DNA of 20,000 bases from Trichinella spiralis (Eukaryota): contig NW_003526941.1 of assembly GCF_000181795.1 (NCBI RefSeq), positions 3,372,023-3,392,022 on the forward strand, given 5' to 3'. This document shows, piece after piece, positions 11,484 to 20,000 of the stretch. Position numbers and translations under genes: made by a program. The notes beneath the pieces are model-generated. The model made no database searches and was not told the origin of the DNA. It worked only from the letters and a program-made list of their open reading frames with translations. Numbering within the stretch: position 1 is the stretch's first letter; each line of letters opens with the position of its first letter.

Positions 11484-12938
11484 ACAGTTTTAGTAGAATA
11501 TAGTTTGGTTGAATAGCACTATCTGCAAGTTGTTTTATTTGCTTTATTTCAGAATTTTATATGCATATGTCCAGTGCTTTGGATTTGATTCAAAAGCAGT
11601 TAGTTTCTTTGAGTAAAATTAATATAGTGCGTCAAAATAAGAGCATAATAAATCTATAATCATTTAATAAAATTCTTCATTACATTTATGCCATTCGGCT
11701 ATTACTGACGGAAAATTAGGTTGTTTTACCAGAAGCAAAGTAGTTTAATATTTATATAATTGACTTTTCAGCATATTTCATTTTATGGTCATTTAGTCTA
11801 TAATCATAGCGGTATTCAACTGCATCCGTTTTTGAAAGATGAGATGCGTTTCTCCTATAATTTGCTTGCTGTTGGTGCATGCATGCATGACACCAAATAT
11901 GCTGGTTTAAAATGAATGGGCTTTACTGTTATTAGCATTTTCATTAGTAATGTCATTATATTTTAGATGCTGTCGTTTTATCGTACTCGTTAAAGGATAA
12001 CAACAATGGTTGAAGTTTTGAACATTGGTAAGTTTGTATTGGAAAGTTTTACAGCATGCAATGGGATGTAACAAGGCAACGTGAATTAACAGAATTGCAT
12101 GTAAATAATTTCCAATAAATATCTTCCAGCTATTACTGCTTCAAATTTGGAAAGAAGAAACGATTGAAAACAAGATCAGAATTCCTAAACAGAATTTCAA
12201 AATCATATCCATATACATACCATGAAAGAGAATGTAAGAATTACAATTGATATTCTGTATTATACGGCACATTATGTACGCGTTATATTAATTTGTAAAG
12301 CTGGCTTCAAATTCGAATCTTGTATTACATGGGGACGAAGTGCTGTGGAGCTGTTGCATTTTCCAATATTACTGACAAGATCATTATGCGATGCAAGCCT
12401 CCCGTTTTGAAGATAAGGTAATAAGCGTGAATTTTTCATGTTTTTACTGTGCATATTCTGTTATTACACATTATATGCATGTTTTGCTTTCATCATGGTA
12501 CATAAAAAATTACATTTTTTAAATCCATATATTAACAACATTCAATGTTTAGGAAATTGAACCACTTCAAGGATGCAGTTTATTCAAAATGATACCATAA
12601 TTATGAGAAGAAAGAAGAGTGAACCTGTCGAAATTGTCTGTCGTCTTATGAAACGTTATGAAACTTCTACTTATGGATTATGAAGCCTCTCCTAGAGCCT
12701 GAAACGCTGGAGCATTATTCCTCAATCTATTGGTTTCATCTCAACATGCGAGATTTTTCAAAACTTTAAAAGTGAAGCAGCGACAGGTTGCTTCTCAATG
12801 TAAGAAGAATGGCAATTCCATAACCGCTGAGGCCTTAATATGCCTGTAGCATCCATCATGCAGAAAGCCGCGGGTTGGTGAGCTGCAGCGCCAACTTCAT
12901 GTCAACGAGATTTGTTATTTCCAACCCCAATATTGCAG

Positions 12939-13660
12939 GTCCAATGGAAGATGTGCATCGTACAGATAAAGCCCCAAAAGAACCAACGCAGTCAATAGAA
13001 GGATTTGAGCATCAAAAGAGTGTTGCAAGCATTTCTAGAGATTGCACGTATGTTGCATGGTTGCATGCATGGTTGCATGCTTCATGGTTGCAGTTTTATC
13101 AAAACGATACGATTATGCAAAGAAAACAGAAGAAGGAAGCTGTCCAAATTGCGCAGTAGATTTGTCGAGAAGCTTTACAAGTGATTCAGGTAAGTTATTG
13201 AGCAGTATTCATTTTAAATTGGCTTTATTTCTCCACTTCTAAGTCATAGCATTAAATAATATGCATAAATTTCTTAGATGTGGATCGAAATGGATAGATT
13301 AGAAGAATTATTCCAACATCAAAAGTGCAAGCATTTTCATTGATTCCGCGACTGCTCACGGTTGAACATTTATCAAAAGGAAGTGCAAACAAGAGAGGAA
13401 GCTGCCCAAATTGCGCAGTAGATTTGTCGAGAAGCTTTACAAATGACTCAGGTAAGTTATTGAATAGTATTCATATTTTGTATTTGATTTCTCAACTTAT
13501 AACATGCATTTTTTAGGTGTGGATCGAAAATGATGGAATGGAAGAATGATTCCAACTTCAAAACTAAGAGCATCTCCAGTCAAAAAGTTATCAAAGCGAA
13601 GTGCAACTGTGCAAATTGAGCAGCAAATATATTTAGAAGTTTTAAGTAACGCAGGTAAGT
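12939..13660 (+). repeat. Three tandem exon+intron duplicates (a fourth, more diverged copy at 12553-12650)
   Basis: GGAAGCTGyCCAAATTGCGCAGTAGATTTGTCGAGAAGCTTTACAArTGAyTCAG|GTAAGTTATTGA occurs at 13135 and 13397 (262-bp offset). TTAG|rTGTGGATCGAAA..GAAGAATkATTCCAAC opens the exons at 13278 and 13517. QFIQNDT.IM.RK at ~12575 matches QFYQNDTIMQRK at ~13091. Confidence 0.85.
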
Positions 13661-13989
13661 TAAATTAAGCCCTCTGAAACTTATGCGGTTCATAAAGATC
13701 TTTTATAGCGATGCATCGTTGCTGAATTTGGAGGTATCACCTTATCGGACGAGATGTTCAGAAGATAAGAGAAGAGATCTATCAGAAGAAGCGATGTTTT
13801 ATGGTGAGAACTCAAATTACAGGTAGGAAGCTACATTTCGCTATATTCATTCGGTAAGCTGCATTTCGCTTGAGCGATGCAATATCCAGCACAGAGCGTT
13901 TTATAATGTTTCGACAAGCATTGCAGCCAACCCTCGTTGGGATTATCGATTGGAATTAGCAAGTGAGAGACAAGATTATTTTTCCTGAA

Positions 13990-14490
13990 AATTTTTTGGA
14001 AATCGCCTGAGGCGTAAATTTGGGTGTAGCTTAAGGGTGAACATTTTTTTGAAAATGGATTCAGGCGTAGCTTTGGGTGAACCTTGAGGGCTAAATTTTT
14101 TTAAAAATTGCCTGAGGTGTACCTTGGGGCGTAGCCTCGGGGAAATTTTTTAAAATATTAGAAAATTTTGAAATTTCAGAAAACAATTGCCGGAGGCGTA
14201 GCCTAAGGCATAGCCTGAGAGCAAATATTTTTTTGAAATTTGCCTCAGGAGTGGTTTGAAGGCAAATAGTTTTTTTAAATTGCCTGAGGCCTAGCCTGAG
14301 AGCAAATGTTTTTTTAAAATTGCCTGGGGCATAGCCCAGGGCGTAGCCGCAGGGTAAAATTTTGAAAAACTTGGAAAATTTTTGAAATTAAAAAGACGTT
14401 GCCCGGGGCGTAGCCTTAGGCATAGCTGGAGGCATACCTCGAGGAAATTTCCCAAAAGGGAGAGCCTAGAGCATAGCCTGAGGCGATAAT
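13990..14490. repeat. Minisatellite-like array: 12-bp GCCNNNGGC(G/A)TA units in blocks of 2-4 separated by A/T tracts, with a 212-bp higher-order duplication
   Basis: Perfect GCCNNNGGC at 14005, 14189, 14201, 14282, 14322, 14334, 14401, 14413 and 14476, plus more than ten near matches. Blocks start at 14005, 14058, 14110, 14189, 14242, 14282, 14322, 14401 and 14464. Confidence 0.9.
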
Positions 14491-14675
14491 TTTATTTGAT
14501 CATTTTCATTCTAGGGTTATTTTCTTAAAGGCTCTCCTGCAACTTACCTTACCTGACACATACGTGAATGCCCATACCTAAAATGTGTTAATATTAACTG
14601 ATAGCCTTAACGCAATAACGGACCCTTACCTGATAATCCTGTTGTGATGTGGAATGTTCGCATAATTCATTTCAC

Positions 14676-14719
14676 ACATTTCAGATCTGATCAGTTGTTC
14701 CTGATCAGATCTGAAATGT
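14676..14719. repeat. Perfect inverted repeat: 19-bp arms, 6-nt loop
   Basis: ACATTTCAGATCTGATCAG (14676-14694), TTGTTC, CTGATCAGATCTGAAATGT (14701-14719). Confidence 0.97.
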
Positions 14720-14854
14720 TGTATCAGAGAAGTGTTAAGGAACTTACTAGTCTTTGATGCAAGATGAACGCACGTATAGTCCATCTTCTCAAATCTGCTG
14801 CTAGTATGAAGTGTCCGTCGTTGAGTCTGCTGTTCTCTGACTTCTGGCAGATAC

Positions 14855-15599
14855 TGTTACCATATCTAAAACATAAGAGCGTTAATAAGTATAGTAAAGC
14901 ATCAGAAGTAATAAGAACTTACTTGACATTACGATGACGCACCTTGGACGGGTATTATTCATATTGTTCAAAATACTGGCATTAATACCAAACGATTCTG
15001 TAAAAATTACACCTGAAAATAGTGTCAAATGTAGGACTTACCTGTGACTCGAAGAATAAGTATGCTCGGCAAAGTATCCAGTGCTGTAGAGACATGTATA
15101 TTCCCTCCAGCTGGTGGTTTCTTGTTTATATGGATTCCCATCGAAAAAATGTCTTTCTTTAATTTATGCAATGGGGTGAATTTTCTTAGCATGTTCTCAT
15201 TCACATTTTGCAGCTTCATCTTCCCAGACACCCATGTTACCAGATCTAAAACATAAGAGCGTTAATAAGTATAGTAAAGCATCATAAAAGTAATAAATAC
15301 TTACTTGACACTATGATGACGCAAGTTGAACGTGTAATATTCATCCTGTTTAATCTGCTATGGTCAAGTATTAAACGATTTTGTTGATGAAAAATTGAAC
15401 CTGAAAATATGTATGAGTAATGTCAAATTTAGGACTTACCTGTTACTCGAAGAATAAGCATGCTCGGCAAAGTATCCAGTGCTGTAGAGACAAATGAATA
15501 TTCCAACCAGCTGATAATTTCTTGTTTATACGGGTTCCCTAAGGAAAGCTGTCTTTCTTAAATTTATGCGATAGGTTCAATTTTCTTAGCATGCTCTCA
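14855..15599. repeat. Tandem duplication of a ~380-400-bp two-exon/two-intron module (14855-15199 and 15235-15599)
   Basis: TGTTACCAkATCTAAAACATAAGAGCGTTAATAAGTATAGTAAAGCATCA occurs at 14855 and 15235. AGGACTTACCTGTkACTCGAAGAATAAGyATGCTCGGCAAAGTATCCAGTGCTGTAGAGACA occurs at 15033 and 15431. Confidence 0.95.
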
Positions 15600-18298
15600 A
15601 GCAGCTACGCATGACGAATTGTCTTTCTCCATTTCACGCATGTAGTGGAATCGCTGACAGTCAGCCAAATCCATCCGTGTGATTATTTTTAACCATGTGG
15701 TAGATTATAAAGATTTGATGTCACAAAGTCTCAAAATGTCTGAAAATTATTAATTATTGCAATTACTGGTATTAAATAGCCATATTATAAAAAGTAATTG
15801 AAGACAAATAACAGTGCATCTGGATTTAAGCTTTACGTTACACATAGAAATTGTAAATAGATTACTCACTTGTTAAATCAGGTGCATATGATAAAAATGT
15901 GGAGATCATTTGCTCAACTTGAGGGTTCAAAGATGTTGCTATTTCAATCTTAAACCAAAGAACTTTATCCACGGAGTTTAAAGTATGTTATACTTACCCT
16001 AGTTCACTTTCAGCGTTACGATCCCATAATGTTGACGTTTTTCAAACTTCAAAATAATGTGAACCACTTCAGCAGTAGAAAATAATAAAGGCACAGGAAT
16101 TTAAACTATAAACCATAAAATAAATGCTATACTGATAATCTGTTATTGTAAAATATGCATACCATTATTCATATTGAGCTGTGAAGTAAGTCACCGTTGT
16201 TCACTTATCCTAAAAGTTATTAGATAATATAATATTTCAGTTTTCAAAGCGAGTGAAATATAGACAAAGGTGTTTTTTTACTTACATGATGACTTTATCC
16301 TATCACGAAAGATGCGTGGACGTATCGAACATTTCCAGGTAAAAATGATAATAGAGAATATTGAATGTGTTATGAACTAGTATAAATTTTCAAATATTAA
16401 TGTGTGCAGAATAAAGGATTTGTTTTTTACTTACATGTCATCTTTATTTCTGTCAAAATTCAGCGACAGTGCCATCACTAGCGAGGAAATTTAGTATTAC
16501 AAAATAAATAAGTGGCTTGAATTCTAAAATTATTATGATGCACCGTTATTTGTCTTCAATTACTTTTTATAATATGGCTCTTTCACGTTGGCTTATCTGA
16601 TTATATTCATGCTAATAGTAAGGTAGAATGGTAATTGTAACATACGTATTGCCCTGCTTACCCTTTCTTTCATGTGAAATTGAATTTAATTATGTGAGTA
16701 TTGGTAATTCGTTGCCCTTTACAGTTTTATAGGAACAGCTCCAGTTGTCGGCATTGAAGTGGTTTGTCAGTTTTCTTTCTCCGTTTCTGAAAAAATTTTA
16801 TTTCAATAAGATACTACATATTCGGAATAGACTGAAAATTTAACTTGCTCTTCATGGCACATGTATGTAATATTCCACTGCAACCCGTGTGAGATCTGAA
16901 AGTAGAATATATTAGAAAATTCATCTCAAAATACGGAATATCAATAAGTACTCTATTGTCTGTTGCATCTTTAAGGAAACGAAGTAATGTGTCATCAGGA
17001 ATAATTCAATGTTAGTACTGTTAGCGGGAACAGAAATCAGTTCGAAATGACAAGTCATGCAAATAGCGTGCATAGAAGATGAGCACTACATTATAGAATA
17101 GCACTTACCTCTTCATCATAGATGATATTCAAGAGTGCTACTATATTTCCGCACGTTCCGCTACGGCGATATGCTATAGAACTGACCATAGATACGACAT
17201 TCTGAAACATTGCATAATAGTAATTAAAGTTGCCTTTGGTAGAAGAACCTACTTTACGGTAAATTATAGCGTATTAGCATAAATTATTGACCTTTTATTA
17301 ATGTTACTGTTATAATTAAAGCTATTTTGCTTCTGGTTATATAAGTGTATGGATAATGCAATTAGCATAAAAATTTATTTCACTAAACTGTAATAGTATA
17401 TCAGCATTGATATAAATGAAAAACTATATTGATTAAATATGAAAATAAACTGACGTTAACAATTGTTATTTGTTTAAAGTGGAAATAAAAAGATGTGATG
17501 CAAGAAGATGTACTACATGCGTTACATTTTATATTATGAAATATGAAGGCTGATAATTAATAGCTTTATGTGAAATAGTGAAATGAAATAGTTAGGTAAT
17601 GGTCAGTACAATTTCCAGTAGATTCATTCTTCCAGAAATTACTCAAAAAATTTACTTCCCCATAGTTTCATGTGATTAGCTGAAAGGGGGAGGATACTTG
17701 AGNTGTAGATTCATCACNGGTATTAAAACTTTTCTACATTCCACANGCATACAACTGAAAATAAAAATATAGCAAAAAATAGTTTTCAGCAAAATTGAAA
17801 TTTTCATTTCTCTCAAAAATCAAGGTGTTGGAAGACCGTCATGCACTAACATCAATATGGGCACGACTTGAGCCACAACTTAAACAGTAACTTACCCTTC
17901 TGTTTCATGTGTGACATTGAATACTTAGAAGTTAAACATACCAAGCTCACTCATGGCCGTCGCATTACTCTTACCGATTGACTACCGTAAGTGCATAACA
18001 TTCTGAAAAAGTTATCAAAAAGTTAATAAAATTTAAATAAGGGACGACATTGCCATATGATGGAATCGCTTTCTTTGCCATTTAAAAAATACGAACAATA
18101 AGGCAATATGTAATTCAAAAACNCTTATCGAATGAGTAACGTTTATTTACGTACTGATTGGATGTTTCTACATAACAGTGCATAATATGCATAAATTGTT
18201 TTTTACAGGATGATATTGAAAACCGATACACTGACAAAAACACACACGTCCTCCTTGAATTCCAATGTAAAAGATATGTGGATTAATATAGGCGCATG

Positions 18299-18688
18299 NN
18301 NNNNNNNNNNNNNNNNNNNNNNNNNNNNNNNNNNNNNNNNNNNNNNNNNNNNNNNNNNNNNNNNNNNNNNNNNNNNNNNNNNNNNNNNNNNNNNNNNNNN
18401 NNNNNNNNNNNNNNNNNNNNNNNNNNNNNNNNNNNNNNNNNNNNNNNNNNNNNNNNNNNNNNNNNNNNNNNNNNNNNNNNNNNNNNNNNNNNNNNNNNNN
18501 NNNNNNNNNNNNNNNNNNNNNNNNNNNNNNNNNNNNNNNNNNNNNNNNNNNNNNNNNNNNNNNNNNNNNNNNNNNNNNNNNNNNNNNNNNNNNNNNNNNN
18601 NNNNNNNNNNNNNNNNNNNNNNNNNNNNNNNNNNNNNNNNNNNNNNNNNNNNNNNNNNNNNNNNNNNNNNNNNNNNNNNNNNNNNNNN
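18299..18688. other. Assembly gap (390 N)
   Basis: Run of N. Isolated Ns at 17703, 17718, 17746 and 18123 show lower base quality next to it. Confidence 1.
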
Positions 18689-20000
18689 TTTTGGAAAGCT
18701 ACTTTCGAATCGCAAAACAGCAAAGGCTATAGCCTTACTTTTTTGAAAAGTCGAAAAATTCAAATTGTTGAGAAAATGATTTCAATTGATCCGAAAAAAT
18801 AAATTAATCAATACAAACCTGGTCTTACGTTGAATAAATGCGTATTTGCCGAGATATTGCAAAAAACGTTAAAGGTAATGTGATTTTAGTAGAGGCAAAG
18901 AGAAAAGAAATAAAACACGGGCTCCTTAAAATACAAAATATAATTCAATTTTATGAATATTTATACATAAATTACGACTTATAACCCCCAAGCAATGTTC
19001 GTGATATTACTAACATTTGTACCTGAAATTCATTTTTGTAATACAGAATGCTTCAAATTGAAAAAATTTTAATTACGCAATTTTATTGATTGCAGACAAT
19101 ATAGACACGATAATTAATTAAAATGAACAAAATGAATTTCACTTTTCATGTAGTATTGCATTATTTCCTTCTATAAATGACACCGCTTCTATCAAGCAAT
19201 TTTGCCAAGTATCTCATTAAATAATCAATTGCGTAACATTGAGAGTATTTTTAATTAATAATTGTACAATACTGTTTCTGAAAATGAAGAAAGATTTTAA
19301 TAATACATTGTAATTCCCTAGAGGCAGGACTATCGCTTTGCTGCGCTTATGAGTAGTTATGTCAAAAAATTAGAATAAATGTGAAGCGAGTGCGCATTAC
19401 TTTTTCTTAATTTGTTAATTTGTTTCATTTTCAACCATTGATATTAATAACTTTGACAAAATACAATATTTCAAGCTTATTTGCATACGCGTCATTTCAT
19501 TATGGTGAACTAACCGAATACTGAATCAAACAGCCACATTGTTGGTACCGTTGAGATGCTCAATGAATAATTAAGATCGTGAACAGCATAAAATTCAATG
19601 AAATGATCGTTTTTTCATTTCGTCAAACATATTCCAAGTCATACGATAGGCACTCAGGTATTAATAAGTACTGACAGTCACAGCTGGAAAAATTCCAATC
19701 AAATGGTAGAATAAATGAGATACACTCATAGGAAAATAATAAATAAAAGATTTTGTGCACACTTCAAGTTGCCCCGAAACAACTTTTCAAAATTTATTCC
19801 AAATGGACGGAAAATGAAGAAAAATCTACTTGCCCAAAACAAAGAAATAATGCACAAAAGTGTGCAATTTCAACGAATAGCTCACTAAAGTGACGAAAAT
19901 GCTTCCATTACTAAAATTCAAGCATCTTGGTTCCGTTTCTAGCGAGTATCAGTTTTGCTGCTTTACTGTGTATTAAGATAGGCGCATGCAAACTTTAGAG

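Larger units (their letters stand above)
10347..13822 (+). pseudogene. Multi-exon degenerate gene or spliced lncRNA, locus A (candidate exons 10347-10368, 10414-10431, 10594-10671, 10919-10975, 11037-11066, 11967-12027, 12130-12233, 12301-12417, 12553-?, 12939-13189, 13278-13451, 13517-13654, 13709-13822)
   Basis: A regular series of pyrimidine-AG acceptors and GT donors (often GTAAG) bounds higher-GC blocks, all on +. Some exons are open and phase-compatible (TYCVRQVNNDVSNGKLNAS/NVDLNDEVFS), but several carry stops or frameshifts (e.g. TGA 12223, TGA 12373, and early stops in 13278-13451 and 13517-13654). No recognisable protein family. Confidence 0.55.
14553..18002 (-). pseudogene. Multi-exon degenerate gene or spliced lncRNA, locus B, paralogous to locus A (candidate exons 18002-17896, 17201-17109, 16895-16849, 16786-16661, 15948-15870, 15739-15440, 15400-15305, 15245-15042, 15012-14923, 14865-14748, 14710-14630, 14577-14553; may extend beyond the gap to ~19286)
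   Basis: A dense run of CTGAAA/CTAAAA (acceptors on -) and CTTAC/CTCAC (donors on -) motifs. Exons 15400-15305, 15245-15042 and 15012-14923 are open and phase 1-1 compatible, while 15739-15440 and 16786-16661 are closed in the frames examined. Confidence 0.6.

Noticed and set aside
13990..14490. CRISPR-like repeat/spacer array
   Set aside because: Eukaryotic context, degenerate repeats, low-complexity mutually similar spacers of irregular length, and no cas genes.
13990..14490. True telomeric (TTAGGC)n tract
   Set aside because: Only isolated TTAGGC/GCCTAA hexamers occur. The unit is a 12-bp interrupted palindrome.
18203..18802. ORFs of 146-186 aa
   Set aside because: Artefacts of translating through the N gap.

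Overview
AT-rich eukaryotic genomic DNA with nematode-type splicing (TTTTCAG acceptors, GTAAGT donors, short introns). A Trichinella-like clade I nematode is my inference from composition and gene style, not something proven. Bases 1-9600 are a compact housekeeping block: the probable 3' end of an unknown gene (+), SCAP/scp-1 (-, 2 exons), exocyst subunit EXOC4/sec-8 (+, 9 exons, with a strongly GC/CpG-rich central exon) and ZNF706 (-, 2 exons). Bases 10300-19300 lack long ORFs but are highly structured. They hold two convergent multi-exon loci that appear to be paralogues of each other, with intact splice signals but broken reading frames, and both are built from tandemly duplicated exons. 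Between their 3' ends is a ~500-bp array of GCC-NNN-GGC palindromes at 12-bp spacing separated by A/T tracts. A perfect 19-bp hairpin nearby overlaps a 3' splice site. There is a 390-N assembly gap at 18299-18688. All alignments were done by eye, and reference protein motifs are recalled from memory.
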